Source of the DNA: the human T2T-CHM13v2.0 reference genome, Homo sapiens
NCBI RefSeq assembly: GCF_009914755.1
Contig: NC_060931.1
Reading direction: 5' to 3' (one strand)
DNA length: 64,000 nt
The position numbers and the translations under genes were made by a program. Shown piece by piece: positions 50,644 to 64,000 of the stretch (position 1 is its first letter; every line of letters starts with the position of its first letter). Under the pieces are notes generated by a model. The model saw only the letters and a program-made list of their open reading frames with translations, searched no databases and had not been told where the DNA came from.

Positions 50644-51685
50644 GGAAGAGGAGGATAAATCAACCGATGACAGCTTAATGGAAAGTGATGTATGCCTTGA
50701 TAGAGTTAGGTCGAGGGTGCCTTGAGAGCTCACAAAAGGAAAAATAAATCCAAGTGTATGGCTGAGAGACAGAGAAGGCTCCCCAGACGAGGTTATGGAG
50801 GCTGGGTATGCAGCTTGGGAACCAGCAGCAGAGGAGTGAACAATGAGGCACTGGTTACCCCCAAGAAGAAAGTGTGGAAATAGAGCCAAGAGCTAGGGGT
50901 GGAGCCCCAGAGAAGCCAACTGTCAAAAGGAAGCCCAGGAAGAAAAGCCACAAAGAGAGGGAGGAACTGGAAGGGTGGAAAGCAGCGAGATGGCGTGGAA
51001 GCCAGTGAAGGAGACTGTTTCAAGAAGGAGAGAATCACTAACAATGTCATATACCTCAGAGAAGCTGAGTGAGATAAACACAGAAAAGTATCTTTAACAT
51101 AGGTAAAGAGGTCACTAGTCACTTTAAAGAGAGAAATTACAAGTGAAGGAAGTCTTAGAAGTGATGGAGGATAGATTGTCCTAAGCAGAGAAGTCAATGT
51201 GGGGAGATAAAAAGTGTGGATTTATCTTCAGGAGGAATGCTTATGATTATTTATAGAGCAGAAAAATTGAAAACAGTCCAACAGTCTAATAAAAAGGTAT
51301 GAAAATATTTATAAATATATGCAGGAATATACAGCCCCTAACAGGCATACTTTTCAGGAGCATTTAAGGTGAAGGGAATATAGTCAGAATATATGAAAAA
51401 ATCAAGATGCCAACCATTATTCAGTATGACACCTGCTCTTTTTTTAGGTAGGGAAGAACAAAACTACAAAAAATCCAAAATATTAAATATTAACAGTTTA
51501 TTCATGCATGGTGGATATGGGCAATTATTATTTTCCTCTTTGTAAATTAATCTCCAAATGTTCTAAAATGAGCATGTCATACTTTTAAAATGAGAAGAAA
51601 ACTTTCTTAAAAGAAGAAACTTGACTGAGAAAGAACAGAGAAAGTTTTGGCAGTAACTTGAAGGGAACACAGGGAGGGGAAAGGA

Positions 51686-51732
51686 GTGTGTGTGTGTGTG
51701 TGTGTGTATGCACGTGCATACATGTGTGTGTC
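51686..51732. repeat. (TG)n microsatellite
   Basis: gtgtgtgtgtgtgtgtgtgtgtatgcacgtgcatacatgtgtgtg. Confidence 0.9.
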
Positions 51733-52741
51733 TGTATTTGAGTTGGAAGCGATGAGAGCATTTTTGTATATTGAGGGGAGACAGACAGTACATGCTGAGA
51801 GGCTGAAGATACAGGAGCATGGATGATTGATGGAGCACATCCCTAAGGGAGCAGGAGGGGATGAAATCCAGATCACAGGTGGTGGGATTAGCCTTGGCTA
51901 AGAGGAGAGACATCGCTTCAACTGAAAAATGAGGAAAAGAGGTAAGGATGGATGTGGGTGCTGATAAGAGTGTAGAGGAGGGGGCAGGAAGTTGAGGGAG
52001 TTACTGTTTGTTGGCGTCTATTTCCTTTGTGAAGTAGAAGGTGAGGTCATTTGCTGAGTGGGGTCAAGGGTTTACAGAGAATGGAGAATGATGGAGATTT
52101 GGAAGGGTGGTTATGGAGAAAAAGAGGGAGGAAGGGGACTTGGGACACAGAGATTGCCCAGCTGCCTTGAAAGGCCAGCTGAGGCTGAAGACAGGATCTT
52201 TAACAAACAGCACGTATTTGTGTGTCCACATGGCTTTCTCTAACTGTCACATGTTTAAAAATAGACAAAGCAAATAGTGAGACTGATCATAACTTGCAGT
52301 TTTTGCAGAAATAATGAGACTGATCATAAGGGCTTTCTGCATAAGGCCCTGTGGAAACATGATTATTTTGAGTGCCTGAAGTAATAAACAATAGAGTTTG
52401 TACTGGAAAGGGAGAGAAATAAGCCAGAAGAAGGCTGAAGGGAATGGAAGCCAGGTGAGGTCTACAAGTCCCAGTATTGGGAGACAGGGAGTGAGAGAAC
52501 TTGAATGGTGAAAGGTTTGGGCTGTGAATGGAATATTGGACGGCAAGATTCTAGTTATGAAAGAGTGCTTGGTGGAGGGGAGAGGCCTCATTAGCTGATG
52601 TCTCTATGGACTCTCCCAGCAAGTGTGGCTACTGGACTGTGAAAACACAGTTTCTTATCATATGTGGTACACAGAAACACTCACAAAAAGAAGCAAAATC
52701 CTCTGTGTAGATTAAATCACATTCATTCTTTCTCCTCTCTC

Positions 52742-52820
52742 CACACACACCCACACACATGCACACACACACACACAATTCATACACACATGTATACATA
52801 CATATATATATTCATACATA
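52742..52820. repeat. (CA)n/(CATA)n microsatellite
   Basis: cacacacac...catatatata. Confidence 0.85.
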
Positions 52821-52903
52821 TGACTTGAAATATTATTCAGAAAATAACATAAACGTTAACAACAGATTCCCAACCAAGAAAAAAGAACACTGGACTTTGT
52901 TTC

Positions 52904-53232
52904 TTTTTTTTTTTCTTTTTTTCTTTATTTTATTGCAGAATGTGCAGGTTTGTTACATAGGTATATGTGTGCCATGGTGATTTGCTTCACCTATTGACAC
53001 ATTCTCTATGTTTCGTCCCCTCACTCTCTACCTCCCCAGCAGGCCCTGGTGTGTGTGTATTGTTCCCCTCTCTGTGTCCATGTGTTCTCATTGTTCAAAT
53101 CCCACTTATGAGTGAGAACATGCAGTGTTTGGTTTTCTGTTCCTGTGTTAGTTTGCTGAGGAGGATGGCTTCTAGCTTCATCCATGTCCCTGAAAAGGAC
53201 ATGATCTCATTCCTTTTTATGGCTGCATAGTA
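52904..53232 (-). mobile_element. L1PA-type 3' end (5'-truncated, ~330 bp) with TSD
   Basis: gtgcaggtttgttacataggtata...cccacttatgagtgagaacatgcagtgtttggttttctg; TSD TGGA(C/G)TTTGTTTC at 52891 and 53233. Confidence 0.92.
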
Positions 53233-53591
53233 TGGAGTTTGTTTCAATTCCAGATATTTAATTGCTCTATAATTTAACATGACACTTTCACATCAGAAAA
53301 CTTGATTTTCTCATTGGCAAAATGGGTTAAATTATATCTATTTAACAAGTATTTTTTTAAGAACTAGATTAAAATTTAGAAACATATCTCAGAGTTTTTG
53401 AAACCCCAAATATTATAGCTTAATTCACTTATTCAACAAAGATTGATTGGGAACTACAACATGTTTGTATTTGTGCTTGGGGAATTGACTGTGAATAAAC
53501 CAGACACATTCTTCTCCCTTACAGGTTTAGAATCAAATGGGAGAATTTAAGGGATTATCATATAATAAAGCACCTTTCTTGCCCTGTGTTG

Positions 53592-53667
53592 TCCTGGCCT
53601 CAAGCAATCCTTCCACCTTGGCCTCCCAAAGTGTTGGCATCACAGACATGAGCCATGACACCCAGCC
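53592..53667 (-). mobile_element. Alu 5' fragment (~75 bp, AluJ-like), no tail, flanked by direct repeats
   Basis: tcctggcctcaagcaatccttccaccttggcctcccaaagtgttgg...cccagcc between two copies of CTTGCCCTGTG (53578, 53667). Confidence 0.85.
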
Positions 53668-53764
53668 TTGCCCTGTGATTCTATGCTTCACCCTCTTCCA
53701 AGACTTAAGCCAGAGTTCTGCCAGGGTCCTCCTACACTCAGGGGTGTCTTCTGAGAAATGTCAG

Positions 53765-54130
53765 TGTATTAGTTTGTTCTCATGCTGCTGATAAAAAGAC
53801 ATACCCGAGACTGGGTAATTTATAAAGAAAAACAGGTTTAATGGACTTAAAGTTCCACGTGGCTGAAGAGGCCTCACAATCATGGTGGAAGGCAAAGAGG
53901 AGCAAAGTCACGTCTTAGGTGGCAGCAGGCAAAAGAGCATGTGCAGGGGAACTGCGCTATATAAAACCATCAGATCTCATGAGACTTATTCACTATCATG
54001 AGAACAGCATGGAAGAAACCCACCCCCATGATTCAGTTAACTCTCCCCAAGTCCCACCCATGACACGTGGGAATTATGAGAGCTACAATTCAAGGTGAGA
54101 TTTGGGTGGGGACACAGCTAAACCATATCA
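53765..54130 (-). mobile_element. THE1-family (MaLR) solo LTR, 366 bp
   Basis: Minus strand begins TGATATGGTTTAGCTGTGTCCCCACCCAAATCTCA and ends ...AATACA. TG...CA termini; perfect 5-bp TSD GTCAG (53760-53764 / 54131-54135). Confidence 0.93.
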
Positions 54131-54279
54131 GTCAGGGAAGAAGGATTTTGGTTATCTGTGATCACAATCTGTTAATGTTTCATCTTATGTTACATTTATA
54201 TTGGTTTAATTATTCAAAATCTTAAATGCAAGCTCCTAATTTTACTTCAGAATGATTATTTTCACATGCTTATATCAAT

Positions 54280-54370
54280 CATACACACATGCACACATAT
54301 ACAGATATGTACAGAAACACACATATATGCATACACACATACATACGTATATATATACACACATACATAT
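54280..54370. repeat. (CATA)n/(CA)n simple repeat
   Basis: atacacacatgcacacatat...acatacatat. Confidence 0.85.
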
Positions 54371-54879
54371 TCTGGTAAAAAAAATTTCACGCATAATCAA
54401 AGCCCAAAGGAGGTTAAATATTCAGAATATTAGCTCATTAACATTCAGCACATTGGGGATAATGTCTATGTTAATGGTATCCGTTCATCTAACAGAGGGT
54501 TGGCATTCATACCTAGGAGTTGAAAGTACATCAAATGCTCCTTGATGAGCTAAGCAAAGTGAAAATGTACGTGCTATTCCCCTAACAAGGAAAGCCGCTG
54601 AAGTTTAAATAACAGAAAAGAGCACATGGATAGAGAAAAAGTTAATGCAGAACATTTTGTTGCTTTATTATTCAGTGACAGAGATTAGCCAGTGGGGAAT
54701 ATATATATACATGTGTATATTTACCCATATAAATAAATATAGATTTTAAACTAACAGTCACAAAGGATATCATACATTTCAAATTTGCATACAAATAGTA
54801 CTTCCTAAAATTGGCAATTTGATTTACTCATCTTCTGAATATCTTCTGCAGGTGTAGTAATAATTTTCAGTATGTCTGG

Positions 54880-55035
54880 ATGCCTAGAATATGTTTAGCA
54901 GTGTCCTAAGTATTTTAAGTGGATCCTCTCATTTAATTTCGACAACAATCTCTATGCAGTAGATACTACTGTTATTGAAAATTTACAAATTCAAAAGATG
55001 GGGCAACTGAGGCTTTAAGGAATTAAGTAACTTAT
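54880..55035 (-). mobile_element. MIR
   Basis: ctcatttaatttcgacaacaatctctatgcagtagatact...aactgaggctttaaggaattaagtaactt. Confidence 0.7.
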
Positions 55036-57245
55036 CTGTCATCGTCATTGCTCCTCATTGCCCCAAAGTAGAGAGAACATCTCAATTCAACAAATCATAT
55101 TGATTCCACCTTCTAAATATCTCAGGGGTCCACCTTCCTCTCTCCAACCCACTGCTGCAACTCTGGTTCCGGCTGCTGTCAACTGAGTTAATGTAAAGTC
55201 TCTGGTAGTCTGACTACTGGAGTTTAATAACCCAAGTGGTTGACTAGTGTTTACAAATAAGCTCATATTAGTTTTGATTACTAACCTCCTGCTGTCACAA
55301 TAGTCCTAACACCATAATCAGTGTCTCTCAGGTACTTCCGGGTCTTCCTCGAGGGAGTCTTGCACGTGTTGAGGAATGAGTCTGTGCTCAGTTGAGAGCC
55401 ACCAATACCAGCTGTGGTCTGCCACACCCACCACCCCTGCCCACACTTGGGGTTGCTGCTTCACAGTTCTCAAAACTTTACAATCCTCAGAGTGCAAAGT
55501 GACTCTTCATTCCTTTTAGCCCTCAATGACTTTTTTGTCACAAATGAGAGGAACGCTGTCTTCCAAACTGTTTCATTTTGCCACAAAAGAACAGCACTTG
55601 TGCTATAAATCTCATATGACACAGTTCTTTCTACTTCTTCCTGAAGGCCTTTTCTCTTGGAGCTCAAATAGCCATTCACCAGGCTCAACAGAGAACACAC
55701 TTTGTTCGGGGCTGTCCATTCCCTGTCTTTTCCCATCTCTTCTCTCATTTCTCACCATACTTCTTTTTTTTTTTTTTTCCTTCGGGAAAACAGTCAACCA
55801 AACAAAGATAAATCAAACTCATATCAATCAATGCAAATGCCCAGTGGATGTAGTGGGCCAGTGTGCAGGATGAAGGATGTGTAGTAAACCCCTTAGTAGT
55901 GCACTGGTCATGGCTCATCAGGTTTGCCCATAGCCAGTCTTTGAATTCCAATTTAAATAAATAGGGGTACTTTAAGTCTTCCTTAAATTTAAATATAATC
56001 ACATTTTTTCATTCTTTAATATACATCAGCGACTTCTCATTGTTTTCTGATTAAGTTAAAATCCCTAAAGATGTTGACAAATTTTTCATTAACTGCTTTC
56101 AGTTTTTTCTCTTTCATCAGCGGCAACAACCTTCTCTACCAACCTTGCTTCAAACTCCATGTTCTAGAGAAGGGATGGGCTCTAGCATGTGGGACTATTG
56201 CATGATAAACAAACAGCAGTGCATAGAGCTATTGTAGAATGCCATAGTCACTTATTCTGCAAGTTTACAATAATTCCTGTTTCAGTGTCAATTTATAAAT
56301 AGCTACTAATAACTAAAAGCATGATTTTAAATCTGCAGGTATAAGCAATAACAAGCTTAGTTAACATCTAAGAATGATGAGAACTGTTTTAGCCTTTACT
56401 CAAGTTGTGAACAAATATTATGATGATGACTCTGCTGAAGAACCAAGCAGAGGATAAACAATGCCAGTAAATCCTAGGTATTGCAGGTTCATTGACATGT
56501 TATAAATCAAATAAAGTTAAGCTTGCCAATAATTGAATATAACCACTTTAACATATTATTTATATTGCTTATTGAGCCTACAAGTATAATTTTGAATAGC
56601 AATGTTTGATACTTTACAAATTATAATAGCATGTGCATAAATGTGCATAATAATATTATTTTATGTCTTTCAAGGAGATGAAATAACTTTTATATGCAAG
56701 AGTTTATTCATGTAAGCCAGGAACTATTTTAGTGAGATTTACTTTGTTTCTATTGATTCTATTTAGAGCTGAATCTGTAGCACTAAAACCAAATAATACC
56801 AGACAAGGTCTTAAACCAAATTGTTAAGCCTTGTCTAATCATATTATATTATCCATTTGTTCTTTGTTCCGTTTGATGAGCATAGTTAAAATCAGGTAAC
56901 TGAAGTTAACATAACTTGACGCAAAAGCAATGCAAGTTGTATAGCAGAACAGAAAAGTCTATTTTGTGGGCAGTGACCACTAAAAATAATTGTGAGAAAT
57001 GAGTGTCATAAAAAAAAAATTTGACTGTTGATAGATGTGACAATTTATGACAACTAATGAGACCACTTAGCAGAATCTGCATACCTTTGGTTGCTATAGG
57101 CCAAATTATTAAACAGTGTTGTTAGGATAATAGTTTGGTGATGAGCATTGCAGATGAGTTGATAAAAATTATTGACCCATGAGACTAAATACAGGGACTA
57201 TCTCAAAAACCAATTGTTAGAAGATATGTAAGAACAGAGACACAA

Positions 57246-57385
57246 AATAATTAAGTACGTGAGGTAACATATATGTTAATTAGATTGATTTAGCTATTCC
57301 GCAATGTATACACAGATCAAACATCATGTTTAACACCATGAATATATACCACTCTTATTTATCAATTACAATTAATTTTTCAAAA
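57246..57385 (+). mobile_element. L1MA-type extreme 3' end
   Basis: gtgaggtaacatatatgttaattagattgatttagctattcc...aacatcatgtt...aatatatac. Confidence 0.75.
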
Positions 57386-58199
57386 GAATGGAGCCATCAC
57401 AACAGATTTAGAAAGATTTGTCTTGTCATCCTCATAAGGATGTAGGGCATTTATGCAAGAAGATTTATTAATATAAAAATATTAGTAAATTATAATAAAA
57501 ATATATGTAAGAAAAATCAACATGTGCATAATTCTGCATAAGGAGCTAAATGATCATGGAGGCTGAGAAGCACCATAGTAGATGGTTAATGAAGTGGTTA
57601 AAGACTGTTAAACAATATCTAGTTGTGACTAGTCATAACTGATGACTGTGGCATTGGTGATGGATATCAGAAAGAAGGCAGAAGTTTGGCTCAATAACAC
57701 CTTGTTATAACGTATTTTGGTAATAGAGTCAATTTGAGTTTTAAAAAATAAGTCGTTGATAACAATGATATATTAATGATCAATTTCCTTATCCTATTTG
57801 GAGAAATACCTGATACTATGAACGTTTAAATAACAATGCTAATTAGATTAGTCTTTTTTGCAGATAAACCACTTATTCTGGAAGAAAAAGTGCTTATCAA
57901 ATACACTGTCATTTCTTTATTTTATAGATGTGCTCTGAGAGTTCAAATAAAGTTTTCCTAATTTGCATCTTTGTAAAGTGGTAGAGCTGGAGTACAAACC
58001 AAGGAGTTTGTTTTTTTCTGAATCCTGTGCACTTTTTAATAACGTCATTTAATTTGCGTAGCAAGGTGTGTGAAGATTAAGTTGCCTACTCTACGCAAAA
58101 CATAGGTTATTTTTCTGCTGGAATAATCATTTCTAATGCAAATTTGTTCTTATCAACCCTGTTAAACTAATTCAATCCTCAGGCCCAAACTCCTGGAAT

Positions 58200-58760
58200 C
58201 TAAAGCTATTTGCTGACTTGCTGTTGCTGTTAGGCTTGAGAGTCAGCCTCCTTAGATAGGGTGCAAGTACTGCATGGCCTCCACAATTCTATTCATTCCC
58301 CAGAATCTCCATAACCAGCAGTCTTATGGAGTCTTACGAATAAGGGCTATTCACCCTTATGAATAGCCATGCTGACCTGCACCTGCTCTGTGGCATTTAC
58401 CAGGTGCCCTGTCACGAGAGTGACTTTCCACATGCTATGCTGTCTACATGGAACATTCTTCTTTCTTTCTTTGCCAAGCTAAACCCTTCTCATTCTTCAT
58501 CTCTTGGCTCAGAGGAGCTTTTCTTGGTTGCTTCTAATTTAGGACCCTGTACTACTCTTCATAACTCTTACCTCCATTGCTCTTTTATAATTATTTGTGT
58601 GGAACTGGGTGAATATTTGTCTCCCTCACCAGATTGTAAATTCAGAAGAAGAGTGACTGGATCTGTTGAGTCCACCATTGTATCTTCTAATTTCTACTAT
58701 GATTCCTAACACCTAGTAAGCGCTTAATATAATGGATATACGAATGAAAGAATGAGTTCC
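58200..58760 (+). mobile_element. L2 3' end
   Basis: ctgtctacatggaacattctt...ccagattgtaaattc...acacctagtaagcgcttaat...gaatgaaagaatga. Confidence 0.7.
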
Positions 58761-61262
58761 ATGAAAGCCAAGAAATAATTACAAAAGTGTTTTAAATTAT
58801 CAATGCCTTTTTGTGATATTTATTTTTAAGTTTGAGGAAATACTTAGAAAAGACATTCTTTTCAAAAACCAAAGTATTTTTAGATATTATGTTACATTCA
58901 TCTCAGCAAATACACCAGAGTATTATTGTTTAAAGGTTTGGTTGTTGAGACAACCACAGTTTTCAATTCTGACCCACAGTGACAAGTTTTCATTCTATTT
59001 AAGACATTTTCTTACATGCTATGAGTTGAGCTGTGTGCTTCCTCAAACACTTATCTATTTTAAGGGGAAAGTGTTTTTTTTTTTTAAAGCGGATACTTCT
59101 GTTTAAATGCCAAAATAAATACATGTTAAACAATATTCTCTCTGTCTTATTTTTATTTTTAAAATTTTTTGTTATCCAAACATCTTAACATAAACTGTCA
59201 GTAATTGGCTCCTAGTTCAATGACAAAAGATATTTGGAATATCTTTACTTTGACCCATGCATGCTTTGGGAGGAAGGGTAAAATAGAGATAAAGTCAAAC
59301 TTTTCTTGAGTTAGACATGCTTGGTAATTTATACACAAGCAATTGGGTCTAGACGCCAGTGATGAAAAATGTGATTCTCCTAATGTTATGTTTAGTAAGA
59401 TGTTTTCTTGGAATGAGAGGGTATAAAGATTAATGTCTGATCCTGAAAGAATTGGGATCCTACTTACTTGACCCAGCATGTGATATGTCTGAACCCATGG
59501 GTTTTAAAAAATACATTCATGACATATTATCAATGTTAAATCTAGTATATTAACAGAGAAATCTAAAAGTTGTAATTAGTGAGATTTTATTATGGCCACT
59601 TACTCCATTTTTTCTTTAAAGCTGTGTTTCGTAATATTATTTTTTAAATTAATGACCTCTGATGAAAACTATAGACTAAATCTTCAGAAAAATTCAGAGA
59701 TGCACACTCTCATATAATTTTACACACAACTTCAGGAGTTTTATATCCACTAGAATTCTTCCACAGATCCTAGACTGAGAATATCTGTTCAAGATAAATC
59801 TATCCAATTCATGTGTCTTAAATAGAAATGATTTATGTTACTTGTCATGTCTCTCGTTATGATATTTTATATCCAGACTCTAATTATCAAAAGGGAGGAA
59901 TAAAGGAAATGCTCAAGAGATCCATCTTATTCAAACGAAACCTCTTTTTCCCCTCCTTCTCTTCAGGCTATTATCTCTAGACCAGAGCTCTATTGTTCAT
60001 CCTGTACTGTCCATTGGCTGCCAACCAGACAAGGGATGCTAATCTAGGCCATTGTACAATTTCATCCCTCTCTGGGCTGTTATGTAATTAAAATAACTTC
60101 AGTGTGCTCTCTTGAACATTTTTTTCTACAGGCAATTGTAAAAATATAGAAGTTAAAAAGCAAATGAAGGAAGAAAAATATAATTTGTTTTCTTTACTTT
60201 TCTATTGCAAAAGACATTACTTATTGTGGACTTGTTATTTATTTAATTTCAAAATTGGAATATAGTTTCTTTTGTATTTTGTACTGCAGAAAAATATCTA
60301 TTGATTTAAAGTGGTCATTTTCCAAGAATGCTTCAAGGCAGTTGAATTTTAAACATTTCTAAAGCAACTAGTTTTCATATATATATATATAAATGCATAG
60401 TGCAACCAAATTAGTAATTTATTTTCTCCTGGAACCTTTATGTCTGAGGATACCAGAAGCAATTTAAATATTCTGTATATAGGTAGTAACTTTTACCAAC
60501 ATTCTACCCAATTGAGAAACAGTGTTGTTAAATAGGTGCAGCTTCACATAGGTCAATGCCAACACTAAACTAAGTCCCTAAACCTCAATCCAGAATCATG
60601 GGTTAACTAAACATACACACTCTCTCCCATTGTGTGTGCATACAAACACTGGTTACTCTTGAATCCAATTCCCTCTGCTTCTGTTGGTGATACTTCAGCT
60701 GAAAGCTTTGTAGCATTCAGCTACCAACAGTCCTGTCTTATAAGTCACATTATTGTTTTGGATTCTTCATGATTTGAAAACAAGAATATTTGATTTGCAA
60801 AATTTTACCTCTCGTTAGCACTTTTTTTTTTTTTTTTTTTTTTGGTATTTTGTTCGCTGGCATGAAAAATGTGCTAGGCAAAAACTCCTGTTTAAAATGA
60901 GAAGAACGTGAGAAGGAGAGAGTGACCTACCCTCACTGGAAGTGACCAGTGAGTACCTGGGGGCAATACTTCATCTCCTTAGAGGCTCACCACTGTTACA
61001 AGGGGCCACCACTTGGCCCTAGAGGGAAGACTGGTAGAAAACAGTGAGCGCATTCTGTTGCTGGTGAGCATACACCTGTTAATCCAGCTTCCCTGAACTG
61101 TGCACCGCACTTGCGTACTAGAATTCAGCAATGCTATCCATAGCTAGGGAGAAGGGGGAATAATAAAGATCCTCACACGTTTGTTAAAGATACCCTCTAC
61201 CTTAACCAAATTTTTACTGAGCACTTCACCTTCCACCTCTTATGGATTGATTTACAATTTCC

Positions 61263-61533
<271 letters not shown>

Positions 61534-61976
61534 CAATTTCTTAAAATCACAAGGGATAAAAATATTTTAGCATAAACACACACAACATATAATTGTACAG
61601 ATGTACAAATATAAAAATATATATACAAACTATATAATGTATCACTACATAAATATGTGATATGTTACAAAACATGCACACCAATAGAAATTAAGAAAGG
61701 AGATAAAAATGAAATAAACATTATTTTAAAATTAATTTTGAGATAGTGGGATAGAAACTTTTTTACTATGATTTTAAAAAGTGTTTTTAACAACTTTATT
61801 AATATATTCATATATGCTATATGCTTTACTCATTTCTATGTACAATTCAGTGGTTTTTCGTATAGTCACTGAATTGACTGGTGCAACCATCACCAGAGTC
61901 AATGTTAGAACATTTTCATCACCGCCCAAAAGAAACTGTACCCATTAGCAGTAACTTCATCCTCCTACAACCCTAG

Positions 61977-62362
<386 letters not shown>

Positions 62363-63140
62363 AGGTGTGTGGTCTTTTGTGACTATTCTCTCATGTTTTC
62401 AAGGTTCATCCATGTTGTAGCATGTATCACTGTTTCTTTCCTTCTTACGGCTAGATAATATTCTATTTTATGGATAAAGCGTAATTTTTTTATCCATTTA
62501 TCAATTGGTGGACATTTGGATTGTTTGTACTTTGGGCTTTCACGAATAGTGCTGCTATGAACACTCAAGTACAAGTTTTTATGTGGAAGTATTTTTTCAT
62601 TTTTCTTAGGTGTATACATATTATTGAAATTGCTGGGTCATAGGGTAACTTTATATTTAACCCTTTGAGGGAGCACAAACTGTTTCCAAAGTGGCTGCAT
62701 CATTTTACACCCCCACCAGCAGTGTATGAAAATTCCAATTTCTCTGCATCTTCCACAGCATTTGCTTTTTATTTTTTATTTATAATAAACATTCTAATTG
62801 GTGTGAAGTTGTAAATTGTTGGGGTTTTGATTTACAAATCCCTGATAGCTAATGAAGTGAGCATCTATTCACAAGCCTATCTTTTTTAGACAAATGTCTG
62901 TTCAGAACTTTTCCCATTTTTAAATTGGGTTGCCTGTTATCTTTACCTGTTCACCTCATTTTCAATTGGATTGCCTGTTAGTATTGATTATTGTGTTTAA
63001 GGATTCTTTCCATATTCTGGATACAAGTCTCTTGCCAGATACATGATTTGCAGATATTTTCTCTAACTTGTGGGTTACCTTTCCACTTACTTTATGGTGT
63101 CCTTTGAAGCACAACATTTTTTAACCTCAATGAAGCCTAA

Positions 63141-63469
<329 letters not shown>

Positions 63470-64000
63470 TTAAGTAACCTATTTTTTTGGGGGAGGGGGT
63501 CTCTTTTGCCTTTGGTCTTATACGCAAAAAAAGTACTCCTCTATTTCGTCTGAGAATATTATAGTTTTAGATCTTACATTTGGTTCCATGATCCATTTGG
63601 AGTTAACTTTTGTGTATGGCATGAGGAATGGAGTTTTACTGTATTCCTTTGCGAAAATGCGATGGTGGTTATGCAGTTGTCCCTGTTCTATTTGTTACAA
63701 AGTCCTTCATGGAGGAAGAATTTTTAAAATATTTTGCCCTGCTGAATTGTCTTGGCACCTTTGTTGAAAATCAATTCATCGTAAGTGTAAGAGTTTATTT
63801 CTGGATTATCAATTCAGTTCCATTGATCTACATGTCTATCCTTAAGCAAGGAACACACTGTTTTAATTACTGTACCTGTATAGTACAGTAAGTTTTGAAA
63901 TTAGACTCTTCTTCCTATATTAGGATATCTTCATAGAGTTTATATATGTGACCTTTGATGCAGGAAATGGGTAGAAATGGTAGTATCTATCCATATATCA

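Larger units (their letters stand above)
50330..52200 (-). mobile_element. L2 fragments (interrupted by MER20, an old L1 remnant and a TG repeat)
   Basis: tttatttgacatcatttatgtgctgg...cctgcccttgg...; aggtcactagtcactttaaagagag; ggcgtctattttcctttgtgaagtagaaggtgaggtcatttgctgag. Confidence 0.6.

Noticed and set aside
50632-52591. Cluster of longer minus-strand ORFs (85-134 aa)
   Set aside because: Leu/Ser/Pro/Phe-rich frames from purine-skewed L2 and TG-repeat sequence; no splice or homology support.

Overview
AT-rich, repeat-laden primate (very likely human) genomic DNA lying entirely inside the HDAC9 gene (+ strand; chr7p21 from recognition of the protein). There is only one convincing coding segment, a 264-nt phase-0/phase-0 exon at 10044-10307 (LLSKSIEQ...VKVKEEP...AAFMQQ; exon 12 in the usual numbering). 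It is a composite exon. Use of the weak CAG|GTAATA donor continues to full-length HDAC9. Read-through adds [16 protein letters not shown], a ~2.3-kb 3'UTR and AATAAA at 12654, giving the deacetylase-less MITR/HDRP isoform. Positions 1-10043 and everything after ~12.7 kb are intronic: Alu, L1, L2, MIR, MER20/MER33, MADE1, MLT1, a THE1 solo LTR, a tiny Y4-RNA retrocopy and simple repeats. I see no new protein-coding system, and the other ORFs in the track are repeat-derived or chance. The best candidate for something under-described is a regulatory module around this exon. A near-perfect, CpG-containing CTCF motif is written into its codons, next to weak splice sites and an intronic poly(A) site, and could couple chromatin looping/methylation to the HDAC9 vs MITR vs exon-skipped choice. 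A dense CAGATG (TWIST/bHLH-type) E-box cluster at ~3.35-3.79 kb is the second-best lead. Repeat subfamily calls and boundaries are by eye and approximate.
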